From Mayamaea pseudoterrestris (taxonomy: Eukaryota), in assembly GCA_027923505.1 (NCBI GenBank), contig BROI01000003.1, positions 1,426,001-1,490,000 of the forward strand: DNA of 64,000 bases. The letters are read 5' to 3'. Of the stretch, positions 29,775 to 40,438 are shown piece after piece. Under the pieces are notes generated by a model. That model saw only the letters and a list, made by a program, of their open reading frames with translations. It had not been told where the DNA came from and did no database searches. Numbering within the stretch: position 1 is the stretch's first letter; each line of letters starts with the position of its first letter. The translations under genes and the position numbers were made by a program.

Positions 29775-30334
29775 TCACAACTCCTTCTGATAGTCGCCCT
29801 TGACTTTCAGCAGCTCCAACTCAAACACTAGAACTGCTCCAGCCGGGATCAAGTTTCCAACGCCACTATCACCATATCCTAGCTCGCTGGGAATGTAAAG
29901 CTCCCACTTGGCTCCTTCTTTCATAAGTTGAAGTGCCTCCTTCCATCCTACGAAGCGTGACGGAAACGTAAAAGTCAAGTGAGGGAAACAGTCGAAATAC
30001 AAAACGCATTCATCATTCACTTCATCATATCAATACCTCCAATCACTTGGTTTGGAGCAAAGGTCATGGGCGATCCTCTCTTATAGGAGCTATCAAACTC
30101 CGTTCCATCAATGAGCGTTCCAGCGTAGTGACACTCGCAGGGACTGTCAACCGTCGGCGATTTCCCAGATCCGGCTCGAATCTCCTTGTACAAGAGTCCA
30201 GATGGTCGAGCTACCACTCCTGGTTCAGACTGCTTTTGTTTCAAAAAGTCCAAGCCAGCCTGGTTCGTCGCGCCGGAGACGAACGAAGTCAGAAACCAAA
30301 GCAACAGTTGTGAAATAAGGAACCGATGAGTCAT
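29775..30334 (-). CDS. FKBP-type peptidyl-prolyl isomerase, secretory/ER; intron 29948-30036
   Basis: Signal peptide; SGLLYK; HYAGTLIDGTEFDSSY; spliced QVIGGWKEALQLM; LYIPSELGYG; C-terminal QKEL. Confidence 0.9.
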
Positions 30335-30725
30335 TCTGTCAAAACTATCAATTAGATATACAGAAATCGATCTCTTTGCCAATTTATACCGGTAGAGTGT
30401 ACGTGTAGATCCCTTGTTGAGTGGAGCAAAGAAGTGAGAGCAGAAGTCATTGCGGGTCATGGTGGCTCAAGATACGAGTATTCCATGTGAGTGCGTGACG
30501 ATAATCCGGCCGGCGTGAAAATCGTCACGCCGGTCGAGCCATCATTCGCCGGCGATGCCAGCGGCAATGACGACAAAAATCGATGCGGAACGCTGCGAGC
30601 GGCTGCCATACAAAATCTACTTTTGTTGCATGCATCTTCCACAGTCCATAGTGCAGGATCATACTCATACATACGCTGAATAGCTGCAGCCATTATGACT
30701 TATACGGATAGAGTGGTTCGAGGGC

Positions 30726-32336
30726 ATGCGAGCTTTAATTGACGGTCAATTGAAGAAAAGTCGTGGGGGCGACAGCGTTCATTCGAACAGCTTCTTTCTC
30801 CACGAGCTGCGCGAGGAACTGATGCAACGAGAATGTATTACTTGGATGCAAAAGGAGGAGAATGAACTTGAAAGGAATCTTAATCGAATTCGTGATAAAG
30901 GAAAGATACACACCTTTTATAGCGGGTCATCGAATTTTAAATTCACCACAAGCCTACTTGTGCTCATCACACATCGGCCTGATTTGCGGAAGGAACTGTT
31001 CCAAACACTCGAACAAAATTCGGCGACGATAACAAAGCTTGACTTTTTAATTGACAATACTCTGCGTGACGATCTTCCGGAACGAATGGGAAGTCCGGAC
31101 ACAATTGATTTGATAATGGCTGCGACAGAATTAGGGCAAGTATTGGGTACGCTGAACGCACTGCACGAGGTCAATGTTCGCATGGAGGAGGATGTTGGTC
31201 CGTGTAGCTCCATCTTTCTGGCGACGGCTGTGCTTGGGTGCCGCCAGGCTAAGCACCTGTGTTTACAACCAGATTCTATTGAAGACGAGTCTCTACCACC
31301 TTTCATCGCATATATTCGAAATCATCCTTGTCTCGAAGAGGTTTATTTGACTGACCATACAAGCGATGATGTGCTTGTGGCTATTCTCGAGCCAGTTGCA
31401 TCATTGAAACGACTTACAACATTTACATTAGTCAACACTGATGTTGTTTCGGAAGCAGCGGCTCGACTAATTCAACGTGTGCTAAGACTACCGACAATGA
31501 CAAAGGCTACTTTACATAATCTCATAGTTGAGACGGACGCAGTAGCGGATGCTCTTTGCTCGGGACTGGCGAAATCAAGCGTAAATGAGCTGGAGCTGTT
31601 TGGCTTGAAGCTTCCAACCAATAAATTCGTTCCTTTGGCTAAAGCCTTTACTCGATCCAAGCTAACCAAGCTTACACTAACGGATCAAGCGAACAATCCA
31701 GAATTCTTTGACGCTTTTGGAAATGGGTTGGCCGCAGCATCCTGCACCATACGCCAACTGTCGTTCGACAGTCAAAACATTATCATGGAAATGGGGGAAT
31801 GTCTTGCGATTTTCCTGCGGCATGCTCCGTCTTGGCGACTTCGGCACCTGCAACTTGATCTCCGGCGGGTGCAATGGTCAGATGCTATTGGAATAGGCAT
31901 CAGTGCATATGTGGCTAGCAACAAGTACCTGCGTTATCTTTGTTTGGATTGCGTTCACGAGGAAGGCAGCCGACAATGGTTAGCTTCCGAGCAGTTTCTT
32001 TCAGCACTTGGTGACGGGGAAGGCTCTATTGACGAAATCAAATTCAATGGGACAGTAGACCAGCGATGCATTGCAAGGATCAAGGAAAAGGTTGCTTTCA
32101 ATCTGAACCGACAGCGACGACTCCATGGACCATTGCTTTCAAAACTAGCTCATACCAAGCCGGGTCTCATCCGCCAGCGCATCTTATCAAAGTCTCTCGC
32201 TGCTGTTGACGCCAGTGCTCGGTACGCATTCCTATCTGGTAACGAATGGCAATGCTGCGATATAATGCTGCACGAAGTCTCATACGAAAAGAACAAGAAG
32301 CGAAAACGCTCAAGGCCTGCACAGCTAGAGCCGTAA
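30726..32336 (+). CDS. Hypothetical leucine-rich (RNI-like) protein
   Basis: Repeating LxxLxL segments (HPCLEEVYL, LTTFTL, VNELEL, LTKLTL, LRHLQL); C-terminal KKRKR NLS-like. Confidence 0.6.
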   Translation: MRALIDGQLKKSRGGDSVHSNSFFLHELREELMQRECITWMQKEENELERNLNRIRDKGKIHTFYSGSSNFKFTTSLLVLITHRPDLRKELFQTLEQNSATITKLDFLIDNTLRDDLPERMGSPDTIDLIMAATELGQVLGTLNALHEVNVRMEEDVGPCSSIFLATAVLGCRQAKHLCLQPDSIEDESLPPFIAYIRNHPCLEEVYLTDHTSDDVLVAILEPVASLKRLTTFTLVNTDVVSEAAARLIQRVLRLPTMTKATLHNLIVETDAVADALCSGLAKSSVNELELFGLKLPTNKFVPLAKAFTRSKLTKLTLTDQANNPEFFDAFGNGLAAASCTIRQLSFDSQNIIMEMGECLAIFLRHAPSWRLRHLQLDLRRVQWSDAIGIGISAYVASNKYLRYLCLDCVHEEGSRQWLASEQFLSALGDGEGSIDEIKFNGTVDQRCIARIKEKVAFNLNRQRRLHGPLLSKLAHTKPGLIRQRILSKSLAAVDASARYAFLSGNEWQCCDIMLHEVSYEKNKKRKRSRPAQLEP

Positions 32337-32470
32337 GGTGTTTATAAAGATAGTACAATGTGGTATCGTAATTTTCACTACTCCCATTATTTAGCGCCTG
32401 TGCAACGGGATTATGCCATGGCATCATTTTTTGCGAATATCGTCTGAGCAGAGTATCGGCGTGTCGTAGC

Positions 32471-33394
32471 ATGACTCACTACGACATTCATTCGGTTCAC
32501 ATGTCCACCACAAAATTGACCATGATGAACGACGCAACTGCTGATTCCACGTCCATATTGCCACGGCGCAAGGTCCTCTACTGCGGGAAATGCGGAATGC
32601 CTCCCGAGTACTGTGAATATGGCCCCGATTATGAGACACATTGCGATAAATGGCTCCAAGCGCATCATCCCGAGCTGAGAGCAATTCTTTGGGAGCGCCG
32701 CAAGGACAAGAAGGCTCCAGCAGTATCAGCAACAAAACCAAATTCTGAGTCAGATACTGCCGCTGCTGCTAGAAAACCTCGTCCAGACGCACCGTGGACG
32801 ACGGAGCAGCGACTGTCAGAGTTTTACAAAAAGTATGCACCTGAAAAGATGGACGGCATTTCAGAGATACTTGTCAAGTACGCCGGCAAGGAAGACAAGC
32901 TGTTCATGGCACTCGTTAAAAAGTATGGCGATGAACCGAAGGATCCTTATTACAGTGATAGCGATGATGAGCTCGACAGTGAAGATGATGCGAGCGATGA
33001 CGACGACGAACCTGCTACCAAGGAAGGCGACGAAGCAGTATCCGCGTTGGATGCCGCCACAAAGAAGGCGCGGCGTGGAGCTGGAGTCAAAAAGGTCAAC
33101 AAGACTGCACTCAAGGTTATCGTTCAAAAGATTGCACAAAAGAAGAAGAAAAATTTAACTATTGTGAAAGGATTGGAGCATGTCGAAGGTCACAAACTCA
33201 AAGACATCAGCAAAGCCTTTAGCAAGCGTTTTGCTGGGAGTTCAAGCGTAAAGGAGGATGCGGCTGGGAACAAGGAAATCATTCTTCAGGGAGATCATAT
33301 GTATGATGTTGCGGAAATGATTATTGACAAGTTTGGCGTGCCCGAGTCGTCAGTCTTTCTGGACTTGGAAGGAGATATCGTGCCATTTAAGTGA
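32471..33394 (+). CDS. DENR: Density-regulated protein/Tma22 (Zn knuckle + SUI1 domain) with an extra internal helical domain
   Basis: VLYCGKCGMPPEYCEY; KKKNLTIVKGLE, SKRFAGSSSV, EIILQGD. Confidence 0.88.
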   Translation: MTHYDIHSVHMSTTKLTMMNDATADSTSILPRRKVLYCGKCGMPPEYCEYGPDYETHCDKWLQAHHPELRAILWERRKDKKAPAVSATKPNSESDTAAAARKPRPDAPWTTEQRLSEFYKKYAPEKMDGISEILVKYAGKEDKLFMALVKKYGDEPKDPYYSDSDDELDSEDDASDDDDEPATKEGDEAVSALDAATKKARRGAGVKKVNKTALKVIVQKIAQKKKKNLTIVKGLEHVEGHKLKDISKAFSKRFAGSSSVKEDAAGNKEIILQGDHMYDVAEMIIDKFGVPESSVFLDLEGDIVPFK

Positions 33395-33563
33395 GAGACT
33401 TCCTCTTTTTTGCCATGTTAAGAACGGTAATTTGAAGGGAAATTACGAAGTAATGCGAAGTTATCATATCATATAAGCTATACTGTATTGCGCTTGCTAC
33501 GATGGCCTGAAAGGACATTGTCTTGTCTTCTCACGCAACATGTCATATTTGGGAACCCAGCGT

Positions 33564-34856
33564 TCAGTGAAGTGTATTCTGGTCGCGCTCCGCAAGGCAG
33601 ATAAAACAAGCAGCAACAACAGGCTCGTTCATAAAAGTGCATTTGCTGCATTGCCAAACTTTGTTGCTCGGCATCGTTTTGTAGCATGTACGAGCAACTT
33701 CATCGTCGTCCTCATCGCCAGTCAGATCAATTAAATCCAACGTCGCTAAAGCAGCAACGCTGCCATTTCGCTTGCCATCCATAGCGGTGCTCGTCTTGGC
33801 GCGAGGCTTCCGATTCTCAACATTGTCCAACACAGGAATTGCGCTAGGCCGCTTCTTGCCGCCATCCGCTTCTACGAATGAAGCGCCACTTCCACCGTTG
33901 CAGCTTACGACAAACGCGCCGTCGTCAGTCTCCTCTACGCACGGCCGGCAGCAAAGGGCGCCTCGCAGCCGCATCTGCTCCTGTCGCCGACGAGCATCCG
34001 CCGCAGCAACTGCTAATTCTTTTGGCGACATCCAGTTTGTAAACTCCTTGTCTCCACCCAAGACGTGGCCTGTTGATTGCAACTGCTGCTTTTGGCGCGC
34101 GACAGCCATACTCACACTAGTATCGCCTCCAAGAACATGTCCAGTGGTTCCAACAAACGGTAGCATGGGCAAACCTCCATTTCGAGTCAGCTTGGATGCA
34201 ATCAGTGATGCGTGCTCGTCAATAATCTCGTCCATGAGCTTGTTAAAGGCGTCGTTATGCGGTCCAATTTCGCAGTGAGCCAACTCATGCGCCATGGTGC
34301 CCGCGACATCCTCGTAGAGCATGAGAATATTATGATTGGTTGGCTGGCGAAGTCGCAAATGAATCGTATGGTGCGACTTGTTCCATTGGCCTCCATACCT
34401 GGTCTTGGAGGTGTAATTGTAGCCAAGTAAATTGCTCGGCTGCTTGGGACGTTTGCGGCGACTGCCTGGCTCATGGTCAAGTCCGTCCCCGCAGCAGCAA
34501 AACTCCGAAATTGACTTGACGTTGTAGTTTCGACGCTGAATGATTGGTAGAAACTCGGCCAAGATGCGTCCCAATAAATCACGAGCCTGCATGGAGCGTG
34601 ATAGACTTGGAAGGTGAAGGCACTTAATAGTCGGTGGCGGCGGCGATCCAGCTGCATTCGAGTATGATGCAGCCATGGGAGGCGCAGATTTAGAAGCCCA
34701 TGGATTTAACGCAGATACTACTGCTGGTTTTACTGCGTTATTGGTTGGTGCAGCTGCAAACGTTGACTTGTCATCGTCGGCGTCATCCTGGGAAACTCCA
34801 CCGCCGTCTCCACCTCCAAAGTCCTTGATCGTCCAGATGCGGTTCGCTTTCGGCAT
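33564..34856 (-). CDS. WSS1: WLM/Wss1-like metalloprotease with C-terminal RanBP2 zinc finger
   Basis: NLLGYN, IHLRLR, TMAHELAHCEIGPHNDAF, GHVLGG; WQCSKCTFMNEPVVAACFIC. Confidence 0.88.
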   Translation of the reverse strand: MPKANRIWTIKDFGGGDGGGVSQDDADDDKSTFAAAPTNNAVKPAVVSALNPWASKSAPPMAASYSNAAGSPPPPTIKCLHLPSLSRSMQARDLLGRILAEFLPIIQRRNYNVKSISEFCCCGDGLDHEPGSRRKRPKQPSNLLGYNYTSKTRYGGQWNKSHHTIHLRLRQPTNHNILMLYEDVAGTMAHELAHCEIGPHNDAFNKLMDEIIDEHASLIASKLTRNGGLPMLPFVGTTGHVLGGDTSVSMAVARQKQQLQSTGHVLGGDKEFTNWMSPKELAVAAADARRRQEQMRLRGALCCRPCVEETDDGAFVVSCNGGSGASFVEADGGKKRPSAIPVLDNVENRKPRAKTSTAMDGKRNGSVAALATLDLIDLTGDEDDDEVARTCYKTMPSNKVWQCSKCTFMNEPVVAACFICLAERDQNTLH

Positions 34857-35138
34857 GCTATTCGACTGATCCTTGATTGCTACCGTTATGATACAATTTG
34901 TTATTTACCAGATAGAACTGGGGCCTTGCTGCACTCAGTTCCACAGTTCCATTCGTTGTTCACTCGCCATGGTCCACGGCTGTTCCGATGAGTCTGATGA
35001 AGAACTCTGTGATGCGCATATTCGTTCTTTTCAATGTCGCTTCTCCCAGCTATTGTTTCGGTTTATGCGACCGTATCATACTATCCGGTTTTGCGCCCTC
35101 TTGCAGGTCCTACAATTAAGACTTGTAGAAAATGCTAC

Positions 35139-36134
35139 CTATTTAAATACATCCGCATCTTTATTGATCTTGAAGCCATAGTAGAAGCCTGCGTTTGTCA
35201 TTTCCAGTCCTTGCGACCGCGACCATGCTCTTAGCAGTTGCTCAATCTCCAAGTCAGCCAAGCTTTCATCGGCTCGCCGATACTTGCTATAGTAGCGTCG
35301 AAAGGCAGCAACAACTTCGTTGCGGTGGCAGTTTCCGCCAGCTTGGAGTCTTTCAGCGGCAAAGTCGGCAAACTCCGTCTCCAGCAACGTTTCGCGATCC
35401 GACTCGCCGCGAGTTGGCTTCTTTTCGCCGCTTGCAATGCGGCCAAGTTCCAGCACGCCAGCGCCAATCAAACTGACACCCGCCAGTTGTAGACTTGCAT
35501 TATGATTGCCTTGTGACAGAAGCGTCAAAAGATTGTCCGTCCCAACACCGAGTGCGAAAAAGATTATCACTAACGCTGCCAACAGTGCGAATGGCAAGTC
35601 TGCAAAGAGTCCATCGTTGCGATCCTTGAGCCAGTCTTCCTCTTTATCGTCATATAATATATTGGCAATTGGAGTGACAAGTGGATTGCTTCGTGATCCA
35701 CACAAGAACCAAATGGCCATGCCCCACAGCATGGCGCCGAGTGGTCGCGAGAGTGTTTTTGGAATGAACGACGACTGAACTTTTGACTGCCTTTGAGCAA
35801 TATATTGCCGCTTCATTTGTCGCTCATCTAAAATGCCATCGGTCGCTTGGAGCTCCCCAGGAAATGTCTTCGTGTAGGCCATGGATGGTGAGGAGTGTGA
35901 TGTCATAATGGCCGATACGGATAGCAGTGATATGGCAAAGAGTTTCCTACGATCCAATAGTTGAGTATCTGCTATATCATCACTTTTGTTGGGGCATAGC
36001 TCAAGTGAACTCAATTGCCGTACTGCTGGTTTTTTATAAAGTAGCGTCGAGGTGGGTGATCGACTGACAAACCCATGCGTTCGTGTTCGATGTCTAGCAA
36101 TATGCACATCCTTGCTTCCTGACAGTGAGTGCAT
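35139..36134 (-). CDS. Hypothetical membrane protein, possibly thylakoid
   Basis: RR + hydrophobic + SMA lumen-type signal; SRSNPLVTPIANILY; 2-3 TMs; start uncertain. Confidence 0.6.
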   Translation of the reverse strand: MHSLSGSKDVHIARHRTRTHGFVSRSPTSTLLYKKPAVRQLSSLELCPNKSDDIADTQLLDRRKLFAISLLSVSAIMTSHSSPSMAYTKTFPGELQATDGILDERQMKRQYIAQRQSKVQSSFIPKTLSRPLGAMLWGMAIWFLCGSRSNPLVTPIANILYDDKEEDWLKDRNDGLFADLPFALLAALVIIFFALGVGTDNLLTLLSQGNHNASLQLAGVSLIGAGVLELGRIASGEKKPTRGESDRETLLETEFADFAAERLQAGGNCHRNEVVAAFRRYYSKYRRADESLADLEIEQLLRAWSRSQGLEMTNAGFYYGFKINKDADVFK

Positions 36135-36626
36135 GCGCTACGATGAGCTTTGCATAAGAAGCTTTGACTTGTCGCTGCTCGACTACTGTGCCTTGCCAAC
36201 GGCATCATCATGGCGAGCTGCGAAATTCCAGCGCGGCGTGCACGGCGGTTACGTCACATCTTTAGTACCGCACGACATGTCGTAGGATGACATCAAAAAG
36301 TTATTAAGCTAACAGAGTGAGTACAGTACATGCATCCAAACACGCCAAGTAACAAGCCTGATGGTAGTTTGGCAGTAACATGAATGTATATGATATCAAT
36401 ATACACTTTCTTGCTGAATCAAAAGGCAAATTGCCAGTCTGGGTGGCTCTTATGCCGACCTTCCAAGGTCAACAAACACTGCTTGTACGTAAATTGGTCA
36501 CAATTTGTAACATTAACAGTCTTGATTACTCATAAACCTAAAGCAATTTAAGTGTTGACGTTGACGACGTTCATATATGAGCGAAGCGCTACCGCGCAAA
36601 ACTAGCTGTCCATGCTCCATGCCACT

Positions 36627-37067
36627 CTAGTCGCGCTTGAGCGTCCACTTGTTGCCATCGGGCCAGCGGATACCATCACCATCCCAGGCTCCCTTCAAGT
36701 CTTTGGGTCCTCCCTTGGGAGTGAAGTCTACTACAATATTCTTGCCGTCGGCGTCAATTGTTCCAGTCAGCGTCCATTCTCTTCCGGATCCATCCGTCGG
36801 GCAGCCTGGATTGCCGTCGGTCCCTTTTAATGTCGCGGTTGACCCACTGCTTACACTTACAATCCGACGACAATTCGGGTGAAAGGGATCAGCATAGGAT
36901 CCATTAAAGTCAATGGCATTAGCTCCTGCGACGGAACTGGCAATAATGACCGAAGCTGTCGCGACGGATGCGGCATTTTTGACAATTTTTGGTGTTGAAA
37001 ATACCCAAGCGCTTCCCAACGAAGCGAAGGATAGCACCGCCAGAGCACTGTAAATGGAGAACTTCAT
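36627..37067 (-). CDS. Small plastid/thylakoid-lumen hypothetical protein
   Basis: Signal peptide GSA-W, second hydrophobic signal ending ANA; GSYADPFHPNC, DFTPKGGP, WPDGNKW. Confidence 0.75.
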   Translation of the reverse strand: MKFSIYSALAVLSFASLGSAWVFSTPKIVKNAASVATASVIIASSVAGANAIDFNGSYADPFHPNCRRIVSVSSGSTATLKGTDGNPGCPTDGSGREWTLTGTIDADGKNIVVDFTPKGGPKDLKGAWDGDGIRWPDGNKWTLKRD

Positions 37068-37396
37068 TCTACTGCACTACTACTTGATGAAAGGATGTGG
37101 AAAAAGGATGGATCCTCTCATGGTGACGACATCGCGCCATCACGAGTGAGTCAGTCAAACCCTAACCCTAAGATTGTGTTTCTGCGTTTGAATTTTCAAC
37201 GGATACTTCACTTAGGGCGTTTAACGCCTGGAAACGCCTGCATGTGCATATCCGAATTGGTGCCGTCTCGTCGACACCATGGCAATTCAATGCACGCGAC
37301 CAAGCAAACAACATCATGGATACGATTACCAGTGATCACGACAGAAAGACAAGAGCGGCTATCCATATCGCAAGTGAACGAATCAATAATTTCAGG

Positions 37397-38839
37397 ATGC
37401 GACAAAATTCTTTTACCGATTCACAGACAACCACAACCCCTCGCAATCCGCAGCTGCCTGTTACCTCGAGTCGTCGGCGAGACCAATCGAAACGTTTTTT
37501 CACATTCGTCGCTGCATTTGCAGCAATGATTCTCTTTCCAGCTTTTAGGCAGCAGCTCGACTATGCAACGTTTTACTGCCGTTCAACCATGGAATTGCTC
37601 ATTGACTATCCTCTGCCTCTAACGTCTCTGCATCATGTGCACGATCCATCGGCAAGAGAACTACCTTTAAATAGTAGTTTGCGAAAAAGGCCGCGACTTG
37701 ATCGCTCCACCTTCTTTCATACTGGAGCATCCGAGGAAGACATTCGCAAGTTTTTCCATTGGGATCCGTCGTCCATTCTCGACGAAACGATGACATCAAG
37801 CAGCAATACCAAGTTACTCGTCGAGCCTATGTGGAGCTGCCACAATCCTGACTCAAGATCCACAAGACTTATATTTCATCACATGCCCAAGTCAGGCGGC
37901 CTGACCTATCGAGCGTTACTAAAGGCATACAGTTTGCTCTGCAACGCTTCCATTGCCTTGGTGTCGCACTGTACCTTTCTTGGTCGCGAGTACATGGACG
38001 GGAGCGACAATGCAACGCACTGGCGCAACGGAATACGTACGCGAGACGCGTCAAAAAATTGTGTATTGTCAAATGCACTTGACCGAACTGGACAAGTTTT
38101 GACGAACGACTTGCGCATGAGTACAAGCTTGCTAAACGAGCATCAGTTTGACATTCTCGCTGGACACTTGCCGTTGGGAAGCGATGAGTTCTGGAAGGAC
38201 TCTAATACTGGCAAACATGTCAATGCTCGGAGCCTCGTCTTGTTTCGCAACCCGCTGGAAAAGTATGTTTCACAATTTCTGGCGGATCATTGGAGTACGG
38301 GCATTGGTAATAGTTCAATCGATGAAGTTGTCGCATTCATGGCTGCAAATGTTCAGAATCGTACCAGTCGAAACGAATATTATGAACTATACTCTCGCAC
38401 CTTGATTCGACCAGAGCAACGAACCTGGATTGATTTGGAGCACGTACAGTGGACGCCCGAGCATAGACTAAATCTGACGCTGCGAAACCTTGTGGAATCA
38501 AAGACAGTTGTGGGGATTATGGAGCGAGTCGAATCAAGCATTGAATTGGTCCGATACTTGCTAGACAAGAACCACGAGATTCCGCACATGGCCTTTTCCT
38601 ACTTTTCGTCCAACAAGCTTTCCAATAAGATTGCTTTGCTGCATGGTGCTAGCAGCAATCGCACAAAGGACATTGTCGCAAGAATTGAACAGAATTCACG
38701 CATTCTGGCAGTCTTTAACGAGTTTTTGAAATACGAGCAAGCAGCCTACGACTGGGCCGTGCGTATCCATGAGCGACAAGTGAGAATAATGCAGCAGTCG
38801 TATCTGGCCCGCAACATGAGCAGCGTTCTACCAGCGTAG
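37397..38839 (+). CDS. Golgi type-II membrane sulfotransferase-like protein
   Basis: Single N-terminal TM; 5'-PSB FHHMPKSGGLT; 3'-PB LFRNPLEKYVSQF; start uncertain (ORF is open from 37244). Confidence 0.75.
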   Translation: MRQNSFTDSQTTTTPRNPQLPVTSSRRRDQSKRFFTFVAAFAAMILFPAFRQQLDYATFYCRSTMELLIDYPLPLTSLHHVHDPSARELPLNSSLRKRPRLDRSTFFHTGASEEDIRKFFHWDPSSILDETMTSSSNTKLLVEPMWSCHNPDSRSTRLIFHHMPKSGGLTYRALLKAYSLLCNASIALVSHCTFLGREYMDGSDNATHWRNGIRTRDASKNCVLSNALDRTGQVLTNDLRMSTSLLNEHQFDILAGHLPLGSDEFWKDSNTGKHVNARSLVLFRNPLEKYVSQFLADHWSTGIGNSSIDEVVAFMAANVQNRTSRNEYYELYSRTLIRPEQRTWIDLEHVQWTPEHRLNLTLRNLVESKTVVGIMERVESSIELVRYLLDKNHEIPHMAFSYFSSNKLSNKIALLHGASSNRTKDIVARIEQNSRILAVFNEFLKYEQAAYDWAVRIHERQVRIMQQSYLARNMSSVLPA

Positions 38840-39174
38840 AAGGCGTTCGGTAATCTCACTTCGCTTATAATACTGTACTTGTACTTTGTAGACAAAACAC
38901 GTTCCTTTATTTACCGTAATCATTTACCGCCGGTGTCAATTAAGCATACCAGTACATGAAACGGAAGTTAGGCTGATTTTTCCGTCACTTTAGCTCACTT
39001 ACTGTCAATGAAGGCATAGCCTTGCGATTAACGAGTAGCGCACGTCGTACCGGGTATCTTTGGTTGTGGTGCGACACGACACACGTTGAACCGCGATCAC
39101 CATGGGATGCGAGATTTCGTAAAATCGACACAAAGTCGCTGCCATAATCATCAAAAACAGTAATACAAGTCACC

Positions 39175-40428
39175 ATGTTACGACTCCTTCCCTCGATATT
39201 GATATCCCTTTGTTGTAGCGCAGCGGCAGCATTTAGTGTGTCGTCGATATCGACAAGGTCACATCAGCTGCAGCAACATTCGTTCCAACTCTTTGCCTCA
39301 AACGATGGGACTGACAAACGAAAACGACGTCGTCGAAAGCAATCATCAACTACAGCGCCGCCTACACCGGATCCAGTCAAAACGTCGCTGCCTGAAATGG
39401 AGGGTATTGATGATCCGCTAGATGAAGATCTGACAGAAGACGACATTTTGGAGCTTGCCAAGGTCGCAAAGTTTGAGTTTCGGCCAAGGACATCTGGCGA
39501 AGCAATTTCCATGCCAAGTAAGTGCATTCCTGGTTAATCATTATTTGTAGTCGTCAACGTAGCGTCTTGCTCGGTCGCTAATCGAATCGTTTTCGCTATC
39601 TGTGTTTACAGATGTGGATGTGAGGGATTTATCCAAGTCGTCAGAGGCTGCAGCGCCCATCGGCTCAGAAGGTGCCATTCCATTGCCCGATATAAGAGAA
39701 GTGCGGCAGAAGAAGGCCATGCAGGAGGAAATTGATCGAATTGCAGTTGAGGAGTTGGAGACAAGAGTCAGAATCAAGCGCAGCGACACCAAGGCACTTC
39801 GCGATGTATGTAACGCTGCCGTAACCTTCCTGATATGGTATCCAACCTTTGGCTTGAATCTAAACAATACGTTGCTATTCTCTGTTTCTGCAGCTGATTG
39901 AAATGCAACCATTTGCAGACGCGGACGAGTCCTACTTTGAGGAAAAAGCCTATGGCACCGTTAGCGCCTTGCTTGGCGAACGTACCAGGCCGTTTCTTGG
40001 CATTCCTCCAGGACCATTGCAAGTAGGACATTTTGTCGGAGCTCTTGTCATTATGCTCATGGCCTTTGTTCAGTATCCTGGCTTCCCGTTGACTAATTTG
40101 CCTACTCCAGTACGAGATGCGCTACAAGGAGGTTGGTGAAAACGCTGCTTGATCAATATATTTCACGCCAATGAAATGCATCACTAACAATTACTGTCGT
40201 TTATTCAAAAATACAGCACTTGGCCTAGTGTTTGCCATCAACACAGTCCTTGCTGTACAGGCAACGTTCAAGGCTAGTGAACGCGGTCAATCCAAGGTGT
40301 TATGGGCGATAAAAACCTTTTCCGTGGGCGGACTTGCAGTCGACCAACTTTCGTCACTTCCAACGCTGGCAGAAGTGGAGCGCGCCAAGTTGGTCAAGGG
40401 CAAGCGAGCACTCAAGAATAAAAAGTAA
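39175..40428 (+). CDS. Four-exon plastid-targeted hypothetical membrane protein; introns 39518-39611, 39806-39893, 40132-40216
   Basis: AAA-F presequence; three GT-AG introns link four ORF-track fragments in frame. Confidence 0.78.
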
Positions 40429-40438
40429 TAACCAAATG

